Part shown: in pieces, positions 47,919 through 57,113 of the stretch
How positions within the stretch are numbered: the first letter of the stretch is position 1
Layout: every line of letters starts with the position of its first letter
Assembly (NCBI GenBank): GCA_038316965.1
Contig: JBBQAY010000003.1
Span: 25,335-89,334 of the forward strand
Reading direction: 5' to 3'
Length of the DNA: 64,000 nucleotides
From: Candidatus Nanopelagicales bacterium
GTDB taxonomy: Bacteria; Actinomycetota; Actinomycetes; S36-B12; CAIYMF01
Made by a program: the position numbers and the translations under genes
Notes under the pieces: model-generated
What the model was told of the DNA's origin: nothing
What the model saw: the letters and a program-made list of their open reading frames with translations, nothing else
Databases searched by the model: none

Positions 47919-49103
47919 CTATGGGGAGCGCTGGCGCGCTCCGACAGCGCCAGCAGTCGCGAGCACGACGGTCGTGACCGCGAGCGTGAGCATCGCGGCG
48001 CTGGGGCTGCGGACGTCGACCAGCAGACCGGCGAGCAGCGTGCCCGCGGCCGTGCCCACGTTGAACGCCGCGGTGACCCACGCCGTCGACTCCGCGCTGG
48101 CGCCCTGCACGGCCTCGTCGGCCACGAGGTACGACGCCACCACGGCCGGGGCGACGAACAGGCCGGCGACGAGGAACGCCGCGAGCACCGCAGGGAGCAC
48201 GCCCGCGACCCATGCGCCGACCGCGGCGGCGGCGGCCGCGCCGAGCACTGCGGCGACCGACTGCGCGGCCGCCGTGCCGGGCCAGCGCCGCCGTCCGTAG
48301 ACCAGGCCGCCCACGATCGAGCCGATCGAGATGAGAGCCGCAGGCACGCCGGCCACGCCCTCGCCCGCGAGGGAGACGATCAGCGCCACGGCGGCGAGCT
48401 CGAGACCGCCGAGCAGCAGGCCGATCGCGATCGCAGGCAGCAGCCCGAGCAGGAATGTGAGGCTTCGCCACGGCACCCGCGGCCGAGGCGGCCGCTCCTC
48501 GGCGGACATGCGCATCCCGCGCAGCACCGTCGTCAACCCGATGGAGGCGATCACGAGCGCCGTCGCCGACGCGAGGATCACGGCGGGCGCGCCCCACACC
48601 GCGACCGCTGCGGCTGCGACGATGGGGCCGGCGACGTACAGCACCTCCTCGCTCACCGAGTCGAAGGAGTACGCGCGACGCAGTAGGTCGTCGTCGCCGT
48701 CGACGATGTCGTGCCAGGACGAGCGCACGACCGGGCCGACCGGCGCCGGCAGCGATCCGGCCACGAGCGACACGACGACGAGCAGCCACAGCGGACCGGC
48801 CGCCAGCGCCACCACGGCCGTGATGCCGAGCGCGTTCAGCAGCGAGAACGTGACCAGCACGCGGTCGTGACCCCACCTGTCCGCCGCGCGTGCGCGCAGC
48901 GGCATGAGCAGGCCGACCGTGAGGCCGTACGCCGCCGTCGCCGCACCGGCCTCGGCGTACGACCCGCGGGTCGAGGCGAGCAGCAGCAACGTGGCAATGG
49001 GCAGCACGCCGAACTGCAGCCGCGCGAGCGACGCCCAGGCCGCGAGCGGTGCCGCGTGCGGGCGCCGGAGCACGGCGAGATAACCGCGGTCAGCGGTGGG
49101 CAT
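47919..49103 (-). CDS. MFS transporter
   Basis: About 12 TMs; ARAADRWG motif-A-like. Confidence 0.85.
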   Translation of the reverse strand: MPTADRGYLAVLRRPHAAPLAAWASLARLQFGVLPIATLLLLASTRGSYAEAGAATAAYGLTVGLLMPLRARAADRWGHDRVLVTFSLLNALGITAVVALAAGPLWLLVVVSLVAGSLPAPVGPVVRSSWHDIVDGDDDLLRRAYSFDSVSEEVLYVAGPIVAAAAVAVWGAPAVILASATALVIASIGLTTVLRGMRMSAEERPPRPRVPWRSLTFLLGLLPAIAIGLLLGGLELAAVALIVSLAGEGVAGVPAALISIGSIVGGLVYGRRRWPGTAAAQSVAAVLGAAAAAAVGAWVAGVLPAVLAAFLVAGLFVAPAVVASYLVADEAVQGASAESTAWVTAAFNVGTAAGTLLAGLLVDVRSPSAAMLTLAVTTVVLATAGAVGARQRSP

Positions 49104-49255
49104 GGAGGACGACCTTCCGGCACGGGGCGCGACGGCACGACACGGTGCGGACGACGAGGTCCGCGGGCGGCGTGGCGTCAGGTCACGGCGGGGTGCAGGT
49201 CACGTCCCGAGGGTAGCGCCGTACGCCGTTCGATCCCCGCTCGTCGCCGTTCTGA

Positions 49256-49320
49256 ATGAAGGCGACCTTCATCCACTGCGTGACGTCGTGGGAGGGATTG
49301 TTCGGCTCTATTGGATGAAG
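49256..49320. repeat. REP/REPIN-like element, right copy
   Basis: ATGAAGGCGACCTTCATCCA (49256-49275) and TGGGAGGGATTGTTCGGCTCTATTGGATGAAG (49289-49320). Confidence 0.85.
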
Positions 49321-49392
49321 TCCCCTACCGGGCGAGGGCTTCGCCCATCGTCGCCCGGCGGGGGCCCAGCCTTCATCGCAAACCCGGCGGCG

Positions 49393-50094
49393 CTAGGGGA
49401 GGGTGATGGTGCTTCCGGCCGTGTGCTCCACGCGCTTTCCGTGGCCCAGCACCCAGACCGACTGCCTGCCCTGCACGGTCCACTCGTGCGGTCCTCCGAC
49501 GAGGGCGGTGTCCTCGTCGATGCCGAGCAGCGTGACACCCTCGGGCAGACCGAGCAGCGCGTTGCGGAGCATGTCCGGCACCCAGGCGGCCATCTTGTCG
49601 AAGTGTGGGATCACGCGGACGTGCGGTACGAGCCCGAGGCCGGTCGGCTGCTCCGAGCGCATCGAGCGCATCCGGGGTGCCCAGCCCGACAGCGCCATCG
49701 CACCTGCGCTGCAGCCGGCGACGGCGGCACCCGCCTCGTGCGCGCGGACGATGGCCGCCCAGACCGCGGTGTCGCGCAGGGTGTCCGCGAGGTACGCCGG
49801 GTTGCCCCCGGAGAGGTAGATGAGACCGGCGCCGTCGATCAGAGCCGCGAGCGTCGGATCCTCGGCGTGCTCGCGGGTGCGGACGTCGACGATGACCTGC
49901 GCGACCCCGAGGCGCTCCGCCTGCTCGAGGCCGAGCCGGTGCCAACGGGTGATCGAGTCGTCGCCCTCGGGTGCGGCGGCTGTCGCCAGCTGCACGTAGG
50001 TCGGCCGCCGGCCTTGCAGCAGCGCGCCCTCGATCTCGGTCATGACCGTGAGGTACTCGCCGGATCCGACCAGCGCCACTGGTGCCGTGCTCAT
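49393..50094 (-). CDS. Peptidase S51 (PepE/cyanophycinase-like) hydrolase
   Basis: GSGE, SGGNP, GCSAGA, IPHFD, GIDEDT (Ser-His-Glu). Confidence 0.85.
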   Translation of the reverse strand: MSTAPVALVGSGEYLTVMTEIEGALLQGRRPTYVQLATAAAPEGDDSITRWHRLGLEQAERLGVAQVIVDVRTREHAEDPTLAALIDGAGLIYLSGGNPAYLADTLRDTAVWAAIVRAHEAGAAVAGCSAGAMALSGWAPRMRSMRSEQPTGLGLVPHVRVIPHFDKMAAWVPDMLRNALLGLPEGVTLLGIDEDTALVGGPHEWTVQGRQSVWVLGHGKRVEHTAGSTITLP

Positions 50095-51263
50095 CGCCGT
50101 ACCTCCCACTCGACCCCGTCGGCCGTGTCGCGCACCTCGATACCTGCACCGGCGAGGCCGTCACGGATGGCGTCGCTGTCGGCCCAGCGCTTCTCGGCAC
50201 GGGCCGAGCTGCGCAGCACGAGCAGCACGTCGACGAGCGGACGCACCGTCTCGGTGACGTCGACGGGTTCGCCGACCGCCGCCCCCGCGCGGGCGAGCAG
50301 AGTGCGCACGACGTTGCGCTCGTCGTCGCTCGCGGCGGTGCGGTCGAGCTCGCCGACCAGGGCGAGGGCGCGGGCGACGTCGCCGTCCGCGAGTGCGGAG
50401 TCGACCGCCGAGGCATCGAGCGCAGTAGCTGCAGCAGGCACGACCGCTGCAGATGTGCCGGCGCCGGAACCTGAACCATGCGAGGCGATCTCGTCGATCG
50501 TGGTGGTCTCGCCGGCGGGGAGCACCCACTCCTGCCCGCCTACGCGCACGACGACGGTGCCCTTGCCGACGACCTCGCAGATGCGCGTGTCGAGGTCGAT
50601 CACGAGACCCGTGTGCTCGTCGACGCCGAGCACGAAGGCGTCGTCCGGCAGCTCCGCCTCGAGGGCCACGAGCCGACGCTCGCCGAGCCAGCAGAAGCGG
50701 GTGTCGTGCGTGCCACCCTCAGCGTTGTTCCAGTGCGGTACGACGGCCGCCCGCAGACCCGTTGCTCGGCCCACGACGTCGAGACCGTCGAGCCAGCGCG
50801 GTGTCTCGCCGACCTTGTAGACCTCGTACACCGGGATCGTGAACAGCCCGAGAGTGAGCGCTGCGGCGCTCGCGAAGGTGACGGCGCCACCCTCGGCCAG
50901 CCGCGCGTGCAGGGCCTCGGGCACCGCGCTCCCTGCCCACGTGCGCAGGGCGTACGACGGCGAGCCGGGGCCGGCGAAGATCCAGTCGGCAGCGCGCAAT
51001 CGCGCCATCTCCTGCGCGTGCAGCACGGGGTCGGGCGCCGGCGCCGAGCGGAAGGTGACTGCTTGCACCGGACGTCCGACGCTGTCACGGAAGTACTGCT
51101 GAGCCTTCTCCGTGAGCTCGTCGGCGTTCTCCTGGAAGCCGTACGGCGAATCCAGCAGCACGGCCCGAACGTCGGTGCCGAGGCGGGCGAACGTCTTCTG
51201 GTGGGGGGTGACCATCGTGGGGCTGGTCTCGCCCGAGCCGAGGATCGTCAGGACGCGGGTCAC
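50091..51263 (-). CDS. S51-like hydrolase fused to a CysRS-like C-terminal domain
   Basis: GSGET, GPGSP, FASAAA, VVPHW, GVDEHT; C-terminus R..ARAEKRWADSDAIRD.L...GIEVRDT.DG.EW. Confidence 0.78.
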   Translation of the reverse strand: MTRVLTILGSGETSPTMVTPHQKTFARLGTDVRAVLLDSPYGFQENADELTEKAQQYFRDSVGRPVQAVTFRSAPAPDPVLHAQEMARLRAADWIFAGPGSPSYALRTWAGSAVPEALHARLAEGGAVTFASAAALTLGLFTIPVYEVYKVGETPRWLDGLDVVGRATGLRAAVVPHWNNAEGGTHDTRFCWLGERRLVALEAELPDDAFVLGVDEHTGLVIDLDTRICEVVGKGTVVVRVGGQEWVLPAGETTTIDEIASHGSGSGAGTSAAVVPAAATALDASAVDSALADGDVARALALVGELDRTAASDDERNVVRTLLARAGAAVGEPVDVTETVRPLVDVLLVLRSSARAEKRWADSDAIRDGLAGAGIEVRDTADGVEWEVRR

Positions 51264-51344
51264 CGGCTGATCATCGCCCACGGCGGGCGATCGTGCGTAC
51301 GTGCTCGTGCAGTGTTCACCGAGGGCGCAGCCCGGGGTGCTCGC

Positions 51345-52061
51345 TCAGGCAAGTGCGAGAGCTTCGCCGGTGACCCGCATGACGTGGTCGAACATGGTGT
51401 CGAGGTCGTTGATCGTGTTGGTGAACTGACCGTCGAGCTCGAGGCTGATGTGGCCGAAGAGCTGGGTGCGCGCCATGACGCCGCCGACCAGCATGGAGTC
51501 GGGGATGGAGTACGGCAGGAAGTCCTTGAGGCCCTGCATCGCGCTGGACACCTCGGGGGGAACCTCGGTGATCGGGGGCGCGTATCCCCTGCGCAGCGAG
51601 TCGCCCAGCACCTCGATGAGGGTGATGGACACCCGCGTGCCGGGGCCGATGGTGTCCTGCGGCGCCTGGTAGCCCGGTACGGGGGAGCCGTAGATCAAAG
51701 CCCATTCCTGTGGGTGCGCCAGCGCCCAGGTGCGTGTCGCGTGGCACACGGCCATCCAGCGGCCGAGGTAGTCGTCACGCGCTACCGCAGCGTCGGCAGT
51801 CTCTGCGGCGTCCCCGACGGCGTTGTACGCGTCGATGATCAGGTGCGTGAGCAGGTCGTCACGGCTCGGGAAGTAGCGGTAGATCGCGCTGCTGACCATG
51901 CCGAGGTCGCGAGCCACCGCACGGAGGCTCAGGCCGGCGGGGCCGCTGGTGACGAGGTGCGCCCGCGCGGTGGCCACGATCTCGCGGGTGAGTTCGGCCC
52001 GTGCCCGCTCACGCGCCGTGCGCGGTGCGGTCCCGAGCGGGAGGGCGGCAGTCTCGGTCAC
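51345..52061 (-). CDS. TetR family regulator (WHG-type C-domain)
   Basis: LSLRAVARDLGMVSSAIYRYF; LFGHISLE. Confidence 0.9.
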   Translation of the reverse strand: MTETAALPLGTAPRTARERARAELTREIVATARAHLVTSGPAGLSLRAVARDLGMVSSAIYRYFPSRDDLLTHLIIDAYNAVGDAAETADAAVARDDYLGRWMAVCHATRTWALAHPQEWALIYGSPVPGYQAPQDTIGPGTRVSITLIEVLGDSLRRGYAPPITEVPPEVSSAMQGLKDFLPYSIPDSMLVGGVMARTQLFGHISLELDGQFTNTINDLDTMFDHVMRVTGEALALA

Positions 52062-52083
52062 GACGCCGATGATGCCATACGAC

Positions 52084-52160
52084 GAGAGCGGTGGACACTA
52101 TTGTGAGCACTGCTCTTGACAAGTCTCGGTGCACCGCTCCATAGTGTGAGCAGTGCTCTC
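52084..52160 (+). promoter_or_regulatory. Promoter with repeated GAGCA-N-TGCTC operators
   Basis: GTGAGCACTGCTCTT (52103-52117), GTGAGCAGTGCTCTC (52146-52160), weaker copy at 52084; TTGACA (52116-52121)-18 nt-CATAGT (52140-52145). Confidence 0.78.
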
Positions 52161-52194
52161 GACCACCGGGGGCAACGAGACCTGGGAGTCCCTC

Positions 52195-53139
52195 ATGAGC
52201 CGCACGCACCTCGTCGTCGGGGCCGGTCCGATCGGGTCGGCCGTGACCCGCCGCCTGCTCGCCTCCGGCGACACCGTCCGCGTCGTGACCCGCTCGGGCA
52301 GCGGGCCCGAGGGCGCCGAGCGCATCGCGGCGGACGCCGCCGATGCCGATCGCCTCGCCGATCTCGCGACCGGGGCCGACGTCATCTACAACTGCGTGAA
52401 CCCGCCGTACCACCGCTGGGCGACTGACTGGCCGCCGGTCGCGAACGCCCTGCTCGCTGCCGCGGAGAAGTCCGGCGCCGTGCTCGTGACCACGGCCAAC
52501 CTGTACGGCTACGGCCCGGTGGACCGGCCGATGACCGAGGACCTCCCCCTGGCGGGCTCGTACTCCAAGGCCCAGGTGCGCAACCGGATGTGGCTCGACG
52601 CTCTCGCCGCCCATGAGTCCGGTCGCGTGCGGGTCACCGAGGCTCGCGGTGCCGACTACATCGGGCCCGGTGCCGAGAGCCACCTCGGCGACCGCGTGAT
52701 GCCGAAGCTGCTCGCGGGCAAGAAGGTCACCGTGAGCCAGAGCCTCGACTCGCGGCACACGTGGACCTACACCGAGGACATGGCCGCGACGCTCGTGGCC
52801 ATCGGCTCCGACGAGCGCGCATGGGGCCGTCCGTGGCACGTGCCGAGCGCGCTCACGATGAGCCAGCGCGAAGCCATCACCGAGCTCGCGCGCCTAGCCG
52901 GCGTCCCGGCGCCGAAGATGGGCGAGTACGCGCCGTGGATGATGCGGGCGCTCGGCGTCTTCAGCCCGCTCATCCGCGAGCTGCCCGATGTCGCGTACCA
53001 GATGCGCGACGACTTCGTCCTCGACTCGAGCGCCGCCCAGCGCGAGCTCGGCCTCGTGCCGACCCCGGCCGCGGACGTCCTCGCCGCCCACCTCGCGCCG
53101 TACCTCGCAAGCGCCGCGGCAGCCAAGCACGCCGCCTGA
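52195..53139 (+). CDS. NAD-dependent epimerase/dehydratase family protein
   Basis: VVGAGPIG Rossmann motif, NLYGYG, DYIGPG. Confidence 0.85.
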   Translation: MSRTHLVVGAGPIGSAVTRRLLASGDTVRVVTRSGSGPEGAERIAADAADADRLADLATGADVIYNCVNPPYHRWATDWPPVANALLAAAEKSGAVLVTTANLYGYGPVDRPMTEDLPLAGSYSKAQVRNRMWLDALAAHESGRVRVTEARGADYIGPGAESHLGDRVMPKLLAGKKVTVSQSLDSRHTWTYTEDMAATLVAIGSDERAWGRPWHVPSALTMSQREAITELARLAGVPAPKMGEYAPWMMRALGVFSPLIRELPDVAYQMRDDFVLDSSAAQRELGLVPTPAADVLAAHLAPYLASAAAAKHAA

Positions 53140-53146
53140 CAGACGC

Positions 53147-53206
53147 GAGTTACTGCCCAAAGTGGGGTGATGGCGGCGGCCAAAGCCCCACTTTGGGCAG
53201 TAACTC
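53147..53206. repeat. Perfect 21-bp inverted repeat (REP-like or terminator)
   Basis: GAGTTACTGCCCAAAGTGGGG-18 nt-CCCCACTTTGGGCAGTAACTC. Confidence 0.8.
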
Positions 53207-53271
53207 CGACGATCTGAGCGCGCGTTAGGAACTCGTGCGGCGGCTCGGTGTGGGAGCGTGCGCGCGTGAGC

Positions 53272-54477
53272 ATGCCGAGTACTACGCCGCAGCAGCCGAT
53301 CGAGCTGACACGGGCGCGCCTTGCGGTCACCGTGGCGTTCATCGTGCAGGGGATCTGCTTCGCGGCTCTCGTGACGCGCATCCCCACGCTGCAGTCGCGC
53401 TTCGACCTGTCGGACGGCGAGCTCGGCCTCATGGTCGGTCTCGTGCCGATCATCGCCGGCGTCGGCAGCGTCGTGGCCGGTGCGCTGGCACCCAAGCACG
53501 GGAGCAGGGTGGTGCTGCGGGCGATGGGCCCGGTCGTGCCCCTCGGGCTCGTGGTGATCGGCTTCGCCGAGAGCGTCCCGCTGCTCATCGTCGGCATGGC
53601 GGTCGTCGGCTTCGGCCTCGGCTCGGTGGACGCCTCGATGAACATCCAGGGCGTGCGCATCCAGGACGACATCGGGCACAGCGTCGTGGCGTCGTACTAC
53701 GCCGCGTTCAGCCTCGCGGGCCTGGTCGGGGCGATCCTCGCGTCGCTCGCCGCCGACTCCTCGGTCTCGCTCGGCGTCTTCTTCGCCGCGATCGCCGTCG
53801 CCGTCATCCCGTTCCAGCTGCTGGCCGGACGGCACCTGCTGCCGGGGCACCCCACCCCCGACGTCGTGCACTCGGACAAGGGGCACATCAACTGGCGCCC
53901 GGTGATTCTCGTCGGCATCGCGCTCATGTGCGTCTACATCGCCGACTCGGGCGCCTCGAACTGGAGCGCGGTCTACCTCAACGACGGCCTCGGCAGCAGC
54001 GAGAGCACCGCGGCCCTGGCGTACGGCGTCTACGCGTTCATGACCATGGTCGGGCGCATCGTCGTCGACCGGTACGTCGACCGCATCGGCCCGGTGCCGC
54101 TCGTACGCGTAGGCGGGTTCATCGCCGTGGGGGCCGCGGTGCTGCTCGCGCTGGCTCCGTCACCGGCGCTGGCGCTCGTCGCGTTCGGCATCCTCGGCCT
54201 GGGCATCTGCCCGGCGATCCCGCTCGCGTTCTCCGCCGCCGCCTCGCACGACAAGGCCGCGAGCGGCTTGGCCGTCGCCCGCGTCAACGTGTTCAACTAC
54301 GCCGGCTTCGTGATCGGCGCGCCGCTGATCGGCGGCATCGCCGAGGGGGTCGGGCTGCGCTGGGCGTTCGCCGCGCTGGTGCCCGTGCTGCTCGTCGTAC
54401 CGCTCTTGGCGGGTTGGTTCCGCATCGCACCCCATGAGGCACCCGACACCGTGGTCGACGGCGCCGTCACCACCTGA
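53272..54477 (+). CDS. MFS transporter
   Basis: About 12 TMs; DASMN, GR...DR..DR.G. Confidence 0.88.
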   Translation: MPSTTPQQPIELTRARLAVTVAFIVQGICFAALVTRIPTLQSRFDLSDGELGLMVGLVPIIAGVGSVVAGALAPKHGSRVVLRAMGPVVPLGLVVIGFAESVPLLIVGMAVVGFGLGSVDASMNIQGVRIQDDIGHSVVASYYAAFSLAGLVGAILASLAADSSVSLGVFFAAIAVAVIPFQLLAGRHLLPGHPTPDVVHSDKGHINWRPVILVGIALMCVYIADSGASNWSAVYLNDGLGSSESTAALAYGVYAFMTMVGRIVVDRYVDRIGPVPLVRVGGFIAVGAAVLLALAPSPALALVAFGILGLGICPAIPLAFSAAASHDKAASGLAVARVNVFNYAGFVIGAPLIGGIAEGVGLRWAFAALVPVLLVVPLLAGWFRIAPHEAPDTVVDGAVTT

Positions 54478-54490
54478 CCCCCGAGACGCG

Positions 54491-54540
54491 GCTGCCCGCA
54501 CTGCCCCTTCGCGTGCGGATGAAGGGGCCGTGCGGGCAGC
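54491..54540. terminator. Bidirectional terminator hairpin
   Basis: 20-bp stem with 1 mismatch between convergent genes. Confidence 0.7.
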
Positions 54541-54550
54541 GAAGCGGGGA

Positions 54551-55810
54551 TCAGGACTGGCGGGACTCGCGAGCGGTGCGCGAACCGGTGAGCTCGGCGA
54601 GCTTCTCCGAGCCGGGACCGACCTCGTGCTCCTCGGCGGAGACGCCGGCCGCCTGGTGCAGACGCTGCATCCCCTTGCGCTGGTTGCGCAGAACGAGGGT
54701 GACGACGCGTCCCTCGGCACCGGCACGCGCCGTACGACCGGCGCGGTGCAGGTAAGCCTTCGGGTCCTCGGGCGGGTCGACGTGGACGACCAGCGAGATG
54801 TCGTCGACGTGGATGCCGCGCGCGGCGACGTCGGTCGCGACGAGGACCGCGATGCGACCTTCCTTGAACTCCGCCATGGTGCGGGTGCGGGCGTTCTGGC
54901 TCATGCCACCGTGCAGCGCGCGCGCATTGACGCCACGGTCGGCGATGTTGCCGGCCACGCGCTCGGCGCCGAGCTGCGAGCGGACGAACATGATCGTGCG
55001 GCCGTCACGGCGGGCGATCTCGGTGGCCACGACGGCCTTGTCCTCGCGGTTCACGACGAGCACGTGGTGCTCCATCGTGTCGACCGGCGAGGTCTCGGCG
55101 TCGAGCTCGTGGCGGACGGGCTCGTGCATGTGCTCGCGGACGATGGTGTCGACGTCGCCGTCGAGCGTCGCGGAGAACAGCAGGGTCTGGGCGGCGGGCG
55201 AGCAGAGCTCGAGCAGCGCGGTGACCTCGGGCAGGAAGCCCATGTCGCACATCTGGTCGGCCTCGTCGAGGACCACCATCTCGACATCGTCGAGGATGCA
55301 CTCGCCCTGGCGGATCAGGTCGGCGATGCGGCCCGGGGTGGCGACGAGGACGTCGACGCCGCGACGCAACGCGTAGATCTGCTTCTCCATCGAGGTGCCA
55401 CCGACGACGGTCTTGAAGTGCAGGCCGAGCGACCGGCCGAGCGGCTCGAGCGCGTCGTTGACCTGCATCGCGAGCTCGCGGGTCGGCACCAGGATGATGG
55501 CGCGGGGGTGCTTCGGCTGGGCGGGCATGCCGGCGATGCGTGCGATCAGCGGGAGGCCGAAGGCGAGGGTCTTGCCCGAGCCGGTGCTGCCGCGACCGAG
55601 CAGGTCGTTGCCGGCAAGCGCGTCCGGGATCGTCTCGGCCTGGATCGGGAACGGCGAGGCGATGCCGGAGCGCAGCAGCGCGGCGACGAGCGGCGCCGGC
55701 AGGCCCAGCGACGCGAACGTCGGGGCCGCGGGGCTCGCGGCATCGGGGGTGATGTCGGTGGTCTCGGGGATCACGACGGCATGCGTCGTACGGTCGAGCA
55801 GGGTGGTCAC
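54551..55810 (-). CDS. DEAD-box RNA helicase
   Basis: Q motif, TGSGKT, PTRELA, TPGR, DEAD, SAT, ARGI, HRAGRTAR; start uncertain. Confidence 0.93.
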   Translation of the reverse strand: MTTLLDRTTHAVVIPETTDITPDAASPAAPTFASLGLPAPLVAALLRSGIASPFPIQAETIPDALAGNDLLGRGSTGSGKTLAFGLPLIARIAGMPAQPKHPRAIILVPTRELAMQVNDALEPLGRSLGLHFKTVVGGTSMEKQIYALRRGVDVLVATPGRIADLIRQGECILDDVEMVVLDEADQMCDMGFLPEVTALLELCSPAAQTLLFSATLDGDVDTIVREHMHEPVRHELDAETSPVDTMEHHVLVVNREDKAVVATEIARRDGRTIMFVRSQLGAERVAGNIADRGVNARALHGGMSQNARTRTMAEFKEGRIAVLVATDVAARGIHVDDISLVVHVDPPEDPKAYLHRAGRTARAGAEGRVVTLVLRNQRKGMQRLHQAAGVSAEEHEVGPGSEKLAELTGSRTARESRQS

Positions 55811-56025
55811 GGGGTATCCAGACGGGTTCATCGAGCGCGGTCGCGTCAATGAAAGTCTTCCCAGGTGACGCGGAGTAACCACCACGGTAGCGGGTGACCC
55901 CCGGATCGACCGAATCGTGAGGGCGGTCGGGGCCGCCCCGAGCACCGCGCGTGAGCACGGTTCCCGGCCTCGGAGGAGATCGACATCACCCCTCCTGCGG
56001 CTCCGCGGAGGAGGAGGCTGGGGGC

Positions 56026-56211
56026 ATGGCGAAGAACAACTCAGGCACGGGCGTCGGCGGCGACGCGGTCTACGGGATCGGGCTCATCGGGGCCGCGGTC
56101 TGGTACTGGCAGCAGGCGGACGGCTTCTTCCCGCACATCGTGGGCCTGCTCAAGGCATTGGTCTGGCCTGCGTTCGTCGTCTACGACCTGCTCGCCCACC
56201 TGGCGTCCTAG
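56026..56211 (+). CDS. Small two-TM hypothetical protein
   Basis: GGAGGAGG RBS; YGIGLIGAAVWYWQQA...LKALVWPA. Confidence 0.7.
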   Translation: MAKNNSGTGVGGDAVYGIGLIGAAVWYWQQADGFFPHIVGLLKALVWPAFVVYDLLAHLAS

Positions 56212-56275
56212 GTCGGCCGACCGGGCGCGACGCAACCGGGCACGGACTCGTCGTCGGGCCCGGCGCGGCCGCCGG

Positions 56276-56497
56276 CTAGTCGCTCGCCGCGTCGTCGGGC
56301 ACGAACTCCAGGATGTCGCCGGGCTGGCACTGGAGGACGTCGCAGATCGCCTCGAGCGTGGTGAACCGGATGGCGCGCGCCTTGCCGGTCTTGAGGTTGC
56401 TCAGGTTCGTGACGCTGATGTCGACGCGGCTGCTCAGCTCGGTGAGCCGCATCTTGCGGCGCGCGAGCATGACGTCGAGGTTGACGATGATCGCCAC
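56276..56497 (-). CDS. Cro/C1-type HTH regulator (YozG-like)
   Basis: NLSNLKTGKARAIRFTTLEAIC..L.CQPGDIL. Confidence 0.92.
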   Translation of the reverse strand: MAIIVNLDVMLARRKMRLTELSSRVDISVTNLSNLKTGKARAIRFTTLEAICDVLQCQPGDILEFVPDDAASD

Positions 56498-56498
56498 G

Positions 56499-56975
56499 TC
56501 AGACCGTCAGCTCGTGCTCGTGGCGGGTCGCCGTCGCGTTGTCGAACAGGCCGACCATCACTGCGGAGTAGGTGAAGAGGAACAGCGCGACCACCTCGGC
56601 CACGGACCAGGCGAGGAAGACCTGAGGGCTCTGGCCGGGGGCCATGGCCACGGTGATGGCGATGAAGGCGACGAGCAGGTACGCCGCCATCACGGCGAAG
56701 GAGTTCCGCATGACGCGCAAGAGCCGCACCGTGCCGGGGGAGAACCCCTCGTCCTGGGCGACGAGCGACGAGAACGACCACAGCGACACGAGCGCGACCA
56801 CCGCCGGGATGCCGGCGCCGACCGCCACGAGGTAGAGCGGCAGGCGCAGGTGCGCCAGAGGGGGGAACTCGGCGGCCAGGTCGAGGCTGATGACGTAGAG
56901 CAGCAGGTAGGCGAGAACCGCGCCGATGGCCAGGGCCACCAGCAGACCGCGCAGCGCGACGGTGTAGAACCTCAT
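56499..56975 (-). CDS. DUF2975-like membrane protein
   Basis: Four TMs, ends in ELTV, immediately upstream of the YozG-like HTH gene. Confidence 0.82.
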   Translation of the reverse strand: MRFYTVALRGLLVALAIGAVLAYLLLYVISLDLAAEFPPLAHLRLPLYLVAVGAGIPAVVALVSLWSFSSLVAQDEGFSPGTVRLLRVMRNSFAVMAAYLLVAFIAITVAMAPGQSPQVFLAWSVAEVVALFLFTYSAVMVGLFDNATATRHEHELTV

Positions 56976-56993
56976 GATGACCACCGTACGGTT

Positions 56994-57012
56994 CTTGTCG
57001 ATAAACGACAAG
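56994..57012. promoter_or_regulatory. Candidate operator of the DUF2975-HTH operon
   Basis: CTTGTCG-ATAAA-CGACAAG. Confidence 0.65.
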
Positions 57013-57050
57013 TAGTTGGCGCAGATCAACAAACCGGGTGCTGACCACGA

Positions 57051-57102
57051 CTTACCCGGGTAAGGAGCGTGCGGTAGAGCGCACGGTGGCTACCCGGGTA
57101 AC
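57051..57102. repeat. REP-like palindromic element
   Basis: CTTACCCGGGTAAG...TACCCGGGTA; shares a 26-mer with 10714-10739. Confidence 0.65.
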
Positions 57103-57113
57103 CGACGGAGCAA

